DNA from: Candidatus Latescibacterota bacterium
GTDB taxonomy: Bacteria > Latescibacterota > UBA2968 > GCA-2709665
Assembly: GCA_965222075.1 (NCBI GenBank)
Contig: OZ244937.1
Span: 1,184,001 to 1,248,000 of the forward strand
Direction of reading: 5' to 3'
DNA: 64,000 nt
Part shown: positions 9,293 through 19,651 of the stretch, one piece after another
Numbering within the stretch: position 1 is the stretch's first letter
Layout: each line of letters starts with the position of its first letter
Translations under genes and position numbers: made by a program
The notes under the pieces: generated by a model
Told to the model about the DNA's origin: nothing
What the model saw: the letters and a program-made list of their open reading frames with translations, nothing else
Databases searched by the model: none

Positions 9293-10960
9293 ATGGCTGT
9301 TCCGACAAACGGTGAGCTTGTTGAGCGCTGGCGCGACGAACCGGCGCCCCTGCTTCCCCTGCTGCACGCTTTCCACGATCGGGACGGGTTTGTTTCCGAC
9401 GAGGCGATCCGGGAAGTATCTCAGAGCCTGAAGATTCCCCTGGCCGAGTTGTTCGGGACGGTGACCTTTTACCACCATTTCTCCCGTACGGCGCCCGGAC
9501 AGAGCGTCCCCAGGGTCTGTACGGGGCCGATCTGCTGCCTGAGGGAGGGGAGGGAGCTTCTGGAGGCGCTTGGAGATGGGGCGACGGCGATGCCCTGCGC
9601 CGGGCGCTGCGACGATCCGATTCCGGTTCTTAAGGGGCACAAGGTGCTGGTGGGCACGCAGGCGGACGCGCTGACGCCCCAACCTGCGCCTCTGCCTCCA
9701 CCGAATCCGGACGGGTGTGAAGAGTGTGTTTTTGCGGGGATTCGTGAGCCGGGAAGAGCCGGGATCGAGGGCTATCGGAAGACGGGCGGGTACGAGGGGC
9801 TGATCAAAGCGGTCCGGGAGATGAGCCCGGCCGGGGTGATCGAGCGCATTACCCGGAGCAAGTTGGCGGGGCGCGGAGGCGCGGGGTTCCCGACCGGGGT
9901 GAAATGGAAGGCGGTGGCCGACGAGTCGCGCGGGCCAAAGACGATTGTGTGCAATGCGGATGAGGGGGAGCCGGGCTGCTTCAAGGACCGGGCGGTGATG
10001 GATTACGATCCCCACGCGGTGATCGAGGGGATGGCCCTGGCCGCGTACGCAACCGGCGCGGCGCGCGGGTTTATCTACCTGAGGTACGAGTATCCGGAGA
10101 CGTTTGGGACCCTCGAACGGGCGATTGCGGAGGCGGAGGCGGCGGGGTTCCTGGGCGAGAAGATCCTGGGGGCGGATTTCGGCTTCCGGATCTATCTGCG
10201 GCGGGGGGCGGGCGCCTATGTCTGCGGCGAGGAGGGGTCGCTGCTGAACAGCCTGGAGGGCAAGCATCCCTTCCCGCGCAACCGGCCGCCGTTTCCGGTG
10301 ACGCACGGGTACGATGACCTGCCAACGGTGGTGAACAATGTGGAGACGCTGGTGGCCACGCCGCCCATTCTGTGCCACGGGGCGGAATGGTATCAGGCCC
10401 TGGGGCAAAACGGGCAGGCGGGCACGAAAGTGATCAGCCTGTCGGGTGATATCCGGAGGCCGGGGAACTACGAGGCGCCGCTGGGGCTGCCTTTGAAGAC
10501 CCTGCTTTACGACTGGGCGGGCGGTCCGCCGGAGGGGCGGTCGGTCCAGGCGGTGACGATGGCCGGGCTGTCCGGTGGTTTTCTCGCCGGGGACGCACTG
10601 GGGGTGACGCTGGACGAGCAGAGCATCCGGAGCAAGGGGTCCTTCCTGGGCGCGGGCGGGATTATGGTGTTCGACGACAGCCGGGATATGGTCCGGGTGG
10701 CGCACGGCGCGATGGCCTTTTTCGCCGAGGAGTCCTGCGGCAAGTGCTTTCCCTGCCGGATCGGCACACACCGGCTTGTCGAACGCCTCGCCGGGGAAGC
10801 AGGTCCGAAGGATGTGGCGGCCTGGCGGGGTGAGGTGCACGATATCGGCGAGACGATGAAGGCGATCAGCGCCTGCGGCCTGGGTGTGGCGGCGCCCCTG
10901 GTTACGGACAGCCTGATGGCGTATTTTCCAGAGCAGGTTGCGCGGCATGTACAGTCCTGA
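9293..10960 (+). CDS. Fused NuoE-NuoF-like diaphorase (NAD-linked formate dehydrogenase beta subunit)
   Basis: [2Fe-2S] Cys motifs CTGPIC and CAGRC, GRGGAGFPTG, CNADEGEPG, GAGAYVCGEE, NNVET, ESCGKCFPCRIG..CGLG; GGAG before ATG 9293. Confidence 0.9.
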   Translation: MAVPTNGELVERWRDEPAPLLPLLHAFHDRDGFVSDEAIREVSQSLKIPLAELFGTVTFYHHFSRTAPGQSVPRVCTGPICCLREGRELLEALGDGATAMPCAGRCDDPIPVLKGHKVLVGTQADALTPQPAPLPPPNPDGCEECVFAGIREPGRAGIEGYRKTGGYEGLIKAVREMSPAGVIERITRSKLAGRGGAGFPTGVKWKAVADESRGPKTIVCNADEGEPGCFKDRAVMDYDPHAVIEGMALAAYATGAARGFIYLRYEYPETFGTLERAIAEAEAAGFLGEKILGADFGFRIYLRRGAGAYVCGEEGSLLNSLEGKHPFPRNRPPFPVTHGYDDLPTVVNNVETLVATPPILCHGAEWYQALGQNGQAGTKVISLSGDIRRPGNYEAPLGLPLKTLLYDWAGGPPEGRSVQAVTMAGLSGGFLAGDALGVTLDEQSIRSKGSFLGAGGIMVFDDSRDMVRVAHGAMAFFAEESCGKCFPCRIGTHRLVERLAGEAGPKDVAAWRGEVHDIGETMKAISACGLGVAAPLVTDSLMAYFPEQVARHVQS

Positions 10961-11807
10961 AACCTGCACAGAGCCCCTGACCCGGCCCGTGATCATTGCA
11001 TGTGCGATTACCGGTTCGGTACCGCGCAAAGAACACAACCCGGCGGTGCCGATTTCGCCTTCGGAGCAGATCGAGTCAACCCACGAGGCCTTTGAGGCCG
11101 GCGCCACGCTGGTACACATCCACGTGCGCGAGCCGGACGAGGCGTCCTCTTCGGACCCCGGGAAGTTCGCCCGGGTGCAGGCGGGGGTGAAAAAACACTG
11201 CCCCGGGATGATCATCCAGTTTTCCACCGGCGGGCGGGGGCGCGGTCCGGCCCAGCGGGCATCGGCGCTGCACCTGAAGCCGGATATGGCCTCGCTGGCG
11301 ACCGGGTCGGTGAATTTTCCGAATATCATCTACCAGAACCCGCCGGAGCTGATCCGGGATATGGCGCAAAAGATGCTGGATTACGGCATCAAGCCGGAGG
11401 TCGAGGTCTTCGACCTGTCCATGCTCTACATTGCGGTGGAGATGGCGGAGGAAGGGCTGCTGGCGCCGCCTCTGCACGTGCAGTTTGTGATGGGAATTCG
11501 CAATGCATTGCCCGGGCGGCGGGAGGCGCTGGCGTTTATGGTGAGCGAACTCCACGCGCTGGCGCCGGACGCGACGTGGGTCGCTGCGGGGATCGGGCGC
11601 AACCAGCGGGTGTTGAACCACTGGGCGTCAGAACTGGGCGGGCATCTGCGCACCGGGCTGGAGGACAATATCCGGTACGACAAATCCCGTCTGGCCAGGA
11701 GTAATGCGGAACTCGTGGAACTCGCGGCCGAGATCGCCGCGGAGCACGGGCGGAGGCCCGCTACGGTGGCCGAAGCGCGGTCGCTGCTTCATTTGGATAA
11801 CACCTGA
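10938..11807 (+). CDS. Beta-keto acid cleavage enzyme (BKACE/Kce, DUF849)
   Basis: CAITGS, VHIHVR, QFSTGG, RTGLEDN, SNAELV. Exact start uncertain. Confidence 0.88.
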   Translation: MRGMYSPETCTEPLTRPVIIACAITGSVPRKEHNPAVPISPSEQIESTHEAFEAGATLVHIHVREPDEASSSDPGKFARVQAGVKKHCPGMIIQFSTGGRGRGPAQRASALHLKPDMASLATGSVNFPNIIYQNPPELIRDMAQKMLDYGIKPEVEVFDLSMLYIAVEMAEEGLLAPPLHVQFVMGIRNALPGRREALAFMVSELHALAPDATWVAAGIGRNQRVLNHWASELGGHLRTGLEDNIRYDKSRLARSNAELVELAAEIAAEHGRRPATVAEARSLLHLDNT

Positions 11808-11824
11808 CAAAGAGGAAGGGTGCG

Positions 11825-14566
11825 ATGAGCGCAACGGAAACAGATGCCCGGGTTGCTACGATGACGCTGGACGGCGAAGCGGTCGGTTTTACCCAGGGCG
11901 AGACGATCTACGAAGTGGCCCAACGGTGCCGGAAGGAGATCCCGACACTCTGTTACGACCCCAGACTGGAGCCGTTCGGGGGCTGTCGGCTGTGCGTGGT
12001 GGAGGTGGAGGGGGCGCGGACCCCGGTGGCGTCGTGTACAACAAAAGCTACCCCGGAGATGGTTGTGTGCACGACGACGGAGGCGATCACGAAGCACCGG
12101 AAGACGCTGCTGGAGATGGTCGTGTCTGAGAACCGTGAGGTCGACGTGGACCCGCTGCGGGGCTATGCCTCGCAGGAGCTTTCGGCGCTTGTGGACCGGT
12201 ACGGGGCGGGTACGGGCCGCTTTGCCGGGGCGGGGTCGGGGGTGAGCAAGGAGGACGACAATCCCTTCCTGTTGCGGGATTACGATCTGTGCATCTCCTG
12301 CTACCGGTGCGTGCGGGTGTGCGCGGAGCAGGAGGGAGACCACGCGATCAATGTGATGAACCGGGGGTTCCACACGCAGATTACGACCGAGTTCGACGGT
12401 GTTTTGAAAGATTCGTCATGTACCTTCTGCGGGCAGTGCGTGCAGACCTGTCCGACGGGCGCGCTGGGTGACAAGAAGGCGATGCGCGCGGCCGAGGCGC
12501 CGGGCGAGATCGAGAAGACCCGGTCGATCTGCCCTTACTGCGGGGTGGGCTGCTCGGTGGATATTATGACGAAGGGGGAGCAGGTCGTGGGCATCCAGCC
12601 GGCGATGGACGGCCCGGCGAACTTGGGCGCGCTGTGCGTGAAGGGGCAGTTCGCATTTGATTTCGTACAGCACCCGGACCGGTTGACGATGCCGCTTGTG
12701 CGGGGGGAGGACGGGGCGTTTCACGAGACGGGTTGGGACGAGGCGCTGGACCGGGCGGCTGCGGGCTTCCGGAAGGCGTTGGAGAAGCACGGGAGGTACA
12801 GCGTCTACGGGGTGGCTTCGGGCCGGGCGCCGAACGAGGCGGCCTATGCGATGCAGAAGTTTATTCGGGTGGGGTTTGGCACCAACCAGATCGACAACTG
12901 CAGCCGTGCGTGACACGCCCCAACGGTTGCCGGTCTGGCAGCCACAATCGGACGGGGCGCCATGTCGAACCCGCTGGCCGACATGGAGAGGCCGGATGTT
13001 ATTTTCTGCATCGGGACGAATATGACCGAGTGTCACCCGGTGGCGGCGACCGGCCTGAAGAAGGCGCTGGCCCGGGGGGCGAAGATGATCGTCGCCGATC
13101 CCAGACGCATCCCGCTGGCGGAGATGGCGGATCTGCACCTGCCCATCCGGGTGGGCTCGGATGTACCCCTGCTTCTGGCGATGGCGCACGTCATCGAGCG
13201 TGAAGGGCTCGTGAATGAGCAGTTCATCGGCGAGCGTACGGTGAAGGGCGAGGAATTCTTAGCGCACGTCAAGGAGTACCCGCCCGAGTGGGCGGAGCAG
13301 ATTACCGGGGTGCCCGCCAAAGATATCGAGACGGCCGCGATCTGGTACGGGAAGGCGGAGAGGGGGGCGATCTATTACACTTTGGGGATTACCGAACACA
13401 TCTGCGGCGTGGACAACGTGCAGAGCCTGTGCAACTTAGCCCTGATGACCGGCAACGTGGGACGCGAGGGCACGGGCATCAACCCGATGCGCGGTCAGAA
13501 CAACATCCAGGGCGCGGGGGATTCCGGCGCGATTCCGTCGGACTTTCCAGGTTTCCAGCCGTGTGCTGACTCTGAAAACGTAGAGAAATTCTCGGAGATC
13601 TACGGCCGGGATATCGACGCCGAGAAGGGGATTACGAAGGTTACGGCGTTGGAGATGTGCGGAGACCAGATCCGGGCGATGCTCATCGACGGGGAAAATA
13701 CCTTGCTGTCGGATCCGGACCGCCAGCACTGTGAGCACGCGCTGAAGAGCCTGGACCACCTTGTGGTGATTGACATCTTCCTGACCGAGACGGCGCAGCT
13801 GGCCGATGTTGTGTTCCCCGCAACGGCCTGGGCCGAGACCGACGGGGTGTGCGCGAATACGGAGCGGCGAGTGCAGCGTTTGCGCGCAGCCGTTCCGCCG
13901 GCGGGGCAGGCGAAGCCGGACTGGTGGATTGTCGCCCAGATTGCGAAACGCGCGGGGCTCAAAGGCTTCGATTGGGAATCTCCTAAAGAGGTGTTCAACG
14001 AGCTGTGCAGCGTATCGCCAATCTACTCCGGTCTGGACTGGGACCGGATCGATAAGGGGGAATACCAGTGGCCGGTGCCGGACAAAGACCATCCGGGGAC
14101 GCCGATTCTGCACCAGGAGGAGTTCCGAAACGGGCGGGGGATTTTCACCCGCCACCGGTACCGCAGTCCGGCCGAGACCGTCAGCGCAGAATTTCCGGTG
14201 TGGCTCACAACAGGGCGGCGGTTGCAGTCTTATCACACACGCACGCAGACGGGCCGCGCAGAGGGGATCGATTACCTGCTGTCCGAGGAGGCCTTAGAGG
14301 TGCATCCCGACGATGTGGTGGCATGGGGGCTTCAGGACGGCGGCTGGTGCCGTCTGTCGAGTTCGCGCGGTTCGGTCGTGATCAAGGTCAAGAGCACGGA
14401 GCAGTCGCCGCGGGGCACGGTGTTTGCAAGCTTCAGCTTCAGCGATGTACCCGTAAACATCCTGACGGGATCGGGCTACGACCCGATCACCGAAACCGCC
14501 GAGCTCAAGGTCTGTCCGGTGTGCGTGGAGCCGGTCGAGAATCCGGAAGCGGTGCCGGCGGATTAG
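11825..14566 (+). CDS. fdhF: Selenocysteine-containing formate dehydrogenase alpha subunit (about 913 aa) with N-terminal Fe-S domains
   Basis: ORFs 11825-12913 and 12962-14566 are in the same frame, joined by TGA 12911-12913 in the active-site motif DNCSRA-U-HAPTVAGL; CPYCGVGC, RGQNNIQG, molybdopterin domains. Confidence 0.92.
12911..12950 (+). promoter_or_regulatory. Bacterial SECIS element (fdhF type)
   Basis: TGA, 11 nt, then stem GGTTGCC (12925-12931), loop GGTCT, stem GGCAGCC (12937-12943); closely resembles the E. coli fdhF SECIS. Confidence 0.88.
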
Positions 14567-14657
14567 ACCCCTTCCCCGGCCTCTCTACAAGACTTGAAGG
14601 GGGGGTTAGGTCATTTCCGACAAAGCTCAGAAGGTTGCGCAGCGGGTCGTTTTCAGG

Positions 14658-15467
14658 GTGCGAGACGGGAAACCGGCCCACGGTGCGGAAGATGCGGTTG
14701 CTGTTGAAGAGCCGCTGGAGATTCGCGTTGCGGGGGACCCCGTGGCGGTGACCATGCGAACGCCGGGGGATGACGAGCGGCTGGCGGTCGGGTTCCTGTT
14801 TGCAGAGGGGATTGTGGCGTCGATCGAGGATGTGGGGCGGGCGTTCCACTGCGGGCGGCCCGGCACGGAAGGGTATGGGAATGCGATTGACGTGCTGCCT
14901 GCGCCCGGGGTCTCGCTGGATGTGGACCGGGTGCTTGCGACAAGACGGGGAACGCTGACCACGTCGGCCTGCGGGGTGTGCGGACGGCAGAGTATTGAGG
15001 ATTTGGTGGCCCGCTGTGTGGCCCTGCCGCCCGGGCCGCTGGTGGGGGTGGACCTGCTGTTTGAGGTTTTCAGGCGGCTCGGGGAGGTGCAGCCCACCTT
15101 CGCCGAAACGGGCGGGGTGCACGCCGCGGCGATGTTTTCCGGCTCGGGCGACCTGATGGCCTGTTACGAGGATGTGGGACGGCACAACGCGGTGGATAAG
15201 GCCGTGGGCGCGCTGCTTTACGAGCGCCTCGTCGGAGAGGGCCGGGCACCGCCGGCAGATCGGACGCCTGCGATTTTGACGGTGAGCGGGCGGGCGAGTT
15301 TCGAGATCGTGCAGAAGGCGGCAGTGGCGGGGATTCCGATTGTGACAAGCGTCTCGGCGGCCAGTTCGCTGGCGGTGGATCTGGCCCGTTCGACACAGAT
15401 CACGCTGGCCGGGTTCGTGCGGGGGAACGGATTTAACATCTACTCACATCCGGAGCGAATCGTCTGA
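14658..15467 (+). CDS. fdhD: Formate dehydrogenase accessory sulfurtransferase FdhD
   Basis: VEEPLEI, TMRTPG, SACGVCG, TGGVHAA, EDVGRHNAVDK, VSGRASFE. True start may lie upstream at about 14613. Confidence 0.93.
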   Translation: MRDGKPAHGAEDAVAVEEPLEIRVAGDPVAVTMRTPGDDERLAVGFLFAEGIVASIEDVGRAFHCGRPGTEGYGNAIDVLPAPGVSLDVDRVLATRRGTLTTSACGVCGRQSIEDLVARCVALPPGPLVGVDLLFEVFRRLGEVQPTFAETGGVHAAAMFSGSGDLMACYEDVGRHNAVDKAVGALLYERLVGEGRAPPADRTPAILTVSGRASFEIVQKAAVAGIPIVTSVSAASSLAVDLARSTQITLAGFVRGNGFNIYSHPERIV

Positions 15468-15517
15468 TCTGATGGGGTTGCAGGTGATTTTGAGACCCAT
15501 TTGGAGGGCCAAATCCG

Positions 15518-15745
15518 ATGCCGATTTATGAATATGTATGCCAGGGGTGCGAACACGCTTTCGAGGTTTTTGTCCAGGGGTCGAAAAAGACGGCCTGTCC
15601 TGCCTGCGGAAGCGATGAACTCAAAAAGCAGTTCTCGGCTTTTGCGGTAATGGGGCAGGGCGCAGGCACACCCGCCCGCCCGCCGGGAGGGGCCTGTTCC
15701 ACGTGCGGGGATCCGCGAGGAGCGGGCGCGTGTGCGCTGAATTAG
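15518..15745 (+). CDS. FmdB-family zinc-ribbon protein
   Basis: MPIYEYVCQGC...CPACG, RBS GGAGG. Confidence 0.85.
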   Translation: MPIYEYVCQGCEHAFEVFVQGSKKTACPACGSDELKKQFSAFAVMGQGAGTPARPPGGACSTCGDPRGAGACALN

Positions 15746-15888
15746 TCGGGGATCCGATTGAATACCATTGTGCAACGTAGAACGGTCTTCTTGCCCGTCT
15801 TCCGGGAGCTCGAACGTGTTCCTTGAGGCCGGGTATTTTTGTGGGTTTGCGAAATCGGGTGTGCGGCTTATCTTAATAAGGAGAGAAA

Positions 15889-16824
15889 ATGCCCGGGAGG
15901 TTTATCGAACGCCTGGCGGAAGGTCCGGTGCTCTGCGACGGGGCGTATTACCTGGAGCTTGAACGCCGGTGCTCTGCGGGGGTGGACCTGAGCGCGCCGA
16001 TGGCCGTTTTGGCCTACCCCGAAAGCGTGCTGGAGCTTCACCGGGAGTACGTGCGCGCCGGCGCCGAGGTCATCACGGCAATGGCTTTTGCCACGGGAAA
16101 CGACATTCCGACGGATCGGTCGGAGGACCTTCACCGGACCGCGATCGCGCTGGCCCGGGAAGCGGCGGGGCCGGATCGGTTTGTTGCAGGCGACCTGAAT
16201 TTTTACCGGTATGGCGGCAATACGTCTACGTGGGACCGTCCGATGACAGAGGCCGAGCGGCTGGAGGCGCAGCGGTTTTTTGAGCGGCGCGTTGGAGAGC
16301 AGCTTGATCAGGGAGTGGATCTCTTTATTGCGGAGACGTTTTATTCGGTAGACGAGGTGGGCCTGGCCCTGCCCTGCATCAAGCAGGCAGGGGTGCCGGC
16401 TGTGGTGACCCTGACCTTTCGGGCAAATGAGAAGACGCAGGACGGCCTGACGCCCGCCGAAGCGGCAAAACGGCTGGTCGATCTGGGCGCGGATGTTGTG
16501 GGCACCAACTGCGCCCGGCCCTGGGAGAGCATGAAGCCGATGGTACAGGGGATGCGAAACGCCGTATCGGCATTCGTCTGTTCCCAGCCCAATGGGTACC
16601 AGCTGGAGCGGGGGCAGTACTGGAATGAGAAATTCGGGGGAGACGCCATCCGCAGCGGGATTTCACTGCGTGAGGAGACGCGGTTTGCGATGGCGGATTA
16701 CGCTCGTGAGGCAAAGGGAATGGGGATCAATCTCATCGGCGCGTGCTGCGGGTGCCTGCCGTACCACATCCGGGCGATGGCGGAGGCGCTGGACAAACCC
16801 ACGGCTGTGGCCGACGCCTATTAA
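15889..16824 (+). CDS. Homocysteine S-methyltransferase family protein (BHMT-like)
   Basis: LCDGAY.LELERR, LHREYVRAGAEV, AETF, GTNC, IGACCG Zn ligands. Confidence 0.85.
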   Translation: MPGRFIERLAEGPVLCDGAYYLELERRCSAGVDLSAPMAVLAYPESVLELHREYVRAGAEVITAMAFATGNDIPTDRSEDLHRTAIALAREAAGPDRFVAGDLNFYRYGGNTSTWDRPMTEAERLEAQRFFERRVGEQLDQGVDLFIAETFYSVDEVGLALPCIKQAGVPAVVTLTFRANEKTQDGLTPAEAAKRLVDLGADVVGTNCARPWESMKPMVQGMRNAVSAFVCSQPNGYQLERGQYWNEKFGGDAIRSGISLREETRFAMADYAREAKGMGINLIGACCGCLPYHIRAMAEALDKPTAVADAY

Positions 16825-16839
16825 GGAGTACGACACCCG

Positions 16840-17988
16840 ATGAAGATCACACGTATTGAGGGCTACCCGCTCGATTTCCCACAGCAGCCCGCCTGGGGGT
16901 ATGCAAAAGGCTGGGTGGAATCCGCCCCGGCGCTGCTGGTGGAGGTCCACACCGACGAGGGGATCAGCGGATTGGGCGAGGGCTACGGGCCGCCGCTTCC
17001 CATCCGGGAGATGGTCCGCAGCCTGTGCGAGCCGGTCGTGGTTGGAGCGGATCCGTTCCGCACGGAGGACTTCTGGAGCCGTCTGTATCACGATGCGCGT
17101 GATTTTTCGTATTCGGGCACGGCCCTGGCGGCGATCTCTGCGGTCGACATCGCCTGCTGGGATATTAAGGGCAAGGCGCTGGGGGTTCCGGTGTGTACCC
17201 TGCTGGGCGGCGCCGTGCGCACGGAGTTGCCCTGTTATGCTTCGGGGGTGCGCTATCTACGGCATCCGGACGACCCGAATCGGCTGGCCGATCCGGCCGA
17301 GTTGGCCCTGGACTTCGTGTCCCAGGGCTTCAAGGCGGTGAAGATGACGGTGGGGCTGATTGACCCGGCCGAGGACCTGAAACGGGTGCGGCGGGTGCGC
17401 GAGGCGCTCCCGGAGGGGGTTGACCTGATGGTGGACGCCAACCAGGCCTATACCGCACGGCAGGCGACCGGGGTGGGGCTGGCGCTTCAGGACCTGAATG
17501 TGACCTGGTTCGAGGACCCGTTGCCTCCGGATGATCTGCCCGGCTGGGAGGCGCTCCGGTCGCGCGTGAGCCTGGCTCTGGCAGGGGGGGAGACGTTCTC
17601 CACCCGGTTCGGGTACCGGGAGGCGCTGGTGCGGCATCTGTTCGATATCGTGCTGCCGGAGACCGGGCTGGCGGGCGGTCTGACGGAGTGCAAGAAGATC
17701 GTTGATATGGCATACGCTTTTGGCGTGGAGTGTACGCCGCATGGGTATGCCTCGGCGGTGGGGACGGCCGCTGCGATGCACCTGGCCGCTGCGCTACCGT
17801 TTCAGCCTTCGGCGGCCCACCCGTCCCTGTTGCCATTTGAGTACGCGCCCGGGTCGTTCAACCGCGTCGGCGACCTGCCGGTCCGTCCGTTTGCGTTCGA
17901 GAACGGCGTTTTAGAGGTGCCGATGGACCGGCCCGGACTGGGGATTGAGCTGGACCGCGATGCTGTGGTACGGCGGTTGATTTCGTGA
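16840..17988 (+). CDS. Mandelate racemase/muconate lactonizing enzyme family (enolase superfamily)
   Basis: AISAVDIACWDIKGK, KxK-like KAVK, MVDANQ, WFEDP, AGGE, PGLGIE. Confidence 0.9.
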   Translation: MKITRIEGYPLDFPQQPAWGYAKGWVESAPALLVEVHTDEGISGLGEGYGPPLPIREMVRSLCEPVVVGADPFRTEDFWSRLYHDARDFSYSGTALAAISAVDIACWDIKGKALGVPVCTLLGGAVRTELPCYASGVRYLRHPDDPNRLADPAELALDFVSQGFKAVKMTVGLIDPAEDLKRVRRVREALPEGVDLMVDANQAYTARQATGVGLALQDLNVTWFEDPLPPDDLPGWEALRSRVSLALAGGETFSTRFGYREALVRHLFDIVLPETGLAGGLTECKKIVDMAYAFGVECTPHGYASAVGTAAAMHLAAALPFQPSAAHPSLLPFEYAPGSFNRVGDLPVRPFAFENGVLEVPMDRPGLGIELDRDAVVRRLIS

Positions 17989-18001
17989 GGGATTCCGCCC
18001 G

Positions 18002-18832
18002 ATGAGTGATGCCGGTTTAAAAGGACGCGCAGCCATTGTAACTGGCGGCGCCAGCGGTCTGGGCCGCGCGGTCGCCCTGCGCCTGGCCCGGGAGGGGGCC
18101 GATGTGTGTATCATGTCGTTGAGCCGCCAGAAGGTGGAGATGGTGGACGGCGAGGTGAAGTATTTCGCGTCGGTTAGCGAGATCGAAGAGACGCAGAATG
18201 CCATCGGCGCGCTGGGGGTGCGCTGCATCGGCATTGACGGGGATATCAGCGTTGCAGCGGATGTGGAGCGCATGGTTTTCTCCACAGTGGAGGCGTTCGG
18301 ACGCCTGGATATTCTGGTGAACAACGCTGCGACCAATGTTGTGCATCCTATTCTGAATCACGATGACGACGCCTGGAAGCGGGTGATCGACGTCAACCTT
18401 TTCGGTCCGTATCTCTGCGTGCGGGTTGCGCTGCCCCATCTGATCAAAAACGGCTGGGGGCGCATCGTCTCCATCGGCTCGACCAACGCCCACGTGGGAG
18501 CCGCGGAATACAGCGCGTACGCGGCCTCCAAACACGGCCTGCTGGGCTTCAACAAGTCGTTGGCACTTGAAGCGGCCGCGCACAATATCACGGCCAATAC
18601 GATCAGCCCCGGCATGATCGAGACGCCGTCGGCAAAACTGCACATTGCGAAATGGGCCGAGGCTAAGGGCATATCGTATGAGGCCATGCGCGAGGAATTC
18701 GTGGCGGATTATCCGCAGAAACGGTTTGTCCAGCCCGAAGAGATCGCCGATCTGGTGGTTTACCTGTGCCGGGAGAAGGCAAAAGCGGTCAACGGAGAAG
18801 ATATTAAAATCACCACAGGCGCGATGTATTAA
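18002..18832 (+). CDS. SDR family oxidoreductase
   Basis: TGGASGLG, LVNNA, YAASK, ISPG. Confidence 0.92.
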   Translation: MSDAGLKGRAAIVTGGASGLGRAVALRLAREGADVCIMSLSRQKVEMVDGEVKYFASVSEIEETQNAIGALGVRCIGIDGDISVAADVERMVFSTVEAFGRLDILVNNAATNVVHPILNHDDDAWKRVIDVNLFGPYLCVRVALPHLIKNGWGRIVSIGSTNAHVGAAEYSAYAASKHGLLGFNKSLALEAAAHNITANTISPGMIETPSAKLHIAKWAEAKGISYEAMREEFVADYPQKRFVQPEEIADLVVYLCREKAKAVNGEDIKITTGAMY

Positions 18833-18853
18833 TCATTCCGCAATCCGCAATTC
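18833..18853. repeat. Short heptamer tandem repeat (ATTCCGCA/ATCCGCA)
   Basis: tcattccgcaatccgcaattc between the SDR genes; related motif at 19652-19696 and about 57580. Confidence 0.45.
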
Positions 18854-18865
18854 AAGGAGGTCTGT

Positions 18866-19648
18866 ATGGATCTGGGCCTGAAGGGACGCCGGGCGTTGAT
18901 CACTGGTGGGAGCAAAGGGATCGGCAAGGCGATTGCGTTTGAACTGGCGGGAGAAGGCGCGGACCTTGCCCTGTGCGCACGCGGCAATGAGGCCCTGCAG
19001 GCGACCGCAGCGGAACTGAGGGAAAAGACCGGGGTTGCCGTGTTCGCGGAGACGGCCGATGTGACGGACAAGAAGAGGGTGCAGGCATTCGTCGAACAGG
19101 CGGCGTCCGAGCTGGGCGGGCTGGATATTCTGGTGAACTGCGCGGGAAGCGCGCTGCCGGGCACGTTTGAAGAGGTGGACGAGGAACGCTGGCGAGCGGA
19201 CCTGGATGTGAAGCTATTTGCGGCCATGCGCTGCGTGAGGGCCGCACTGCCCTACCTGAAACAGAGCGACCAGGCCAGGATCATCAATATCAACTCGATT
19301 GTGGGCCGGCAGTCCGCGCCCGAATATATTGCCAACAGCACGGACCGCGCGGCGTGTCTCGGCTTCAACAAGGTGCTGTCCGACAACCTGGCCCAATACG
19401 GCATTCTGGTCAACAGCATCAACCCCGGCAACGTCAAGAGCGAGGCCTGGGGAAGCACGCTGGATTATTTCGCCCCGGATGAGGAACTCGATACATATTA
19501 TCAACAGGTGTCCGGAGAGACCCCCCTTGGCCGGGTTGCAGAGGCCGACGAGATCGCCGCAGTGGCCGCATTTCTGGCCAGCAAGCGAGCAAGCTATGTC
19601 ACCGGCGCGTCGATCGATGTGGACGGTGGGCTGGTGAGATATATTTAA
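18866..19648 (+). CDS. SDR family oxidoreductase (atypical catalytic motif)
   Basis: TGGSKGIG, LVNCAG; YxxxK replaced by NSTDR; PLGR, YVTG..IDVDGG. Confidence 0.88.
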   Translation: MDLGLKGRRALITGGSKGIGKAIAFELAGEGADLALCARGNEALQATAAELREKTGVAVFAETADVTDKKRVQAFVEQAASELGGLDILVNCAGSALPGTFEEVDEERWRADLDVKLFAAMRCVRAALPYLKQSDQARIININSIVGRQSAPEYIANSTDRAACLGFNKVLSDNLAQYGILVNSINPGNVKSEAWGSTLDYFAPDEELDTYYQQVSGETPLGRVAEADEIAAVAAFLASKRASYVTGASIDVDGGLVRYI

Positions 19649-19651
19649 ATT

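Noticed and set aside
9248-11329. Long antisense ORFs (693 aa here; also 3367-4638, 25093-26868, 52994-54643, 60945-62534)
   Set aside because: Shadow frames of GC-rich sense genes with no recognisable motifs.
15598-15610. CCTGCCTGC in the FmdB gene
   Set aside because: Encodes the CPACG zinc knuckle; no matching right arm at the expected distance.
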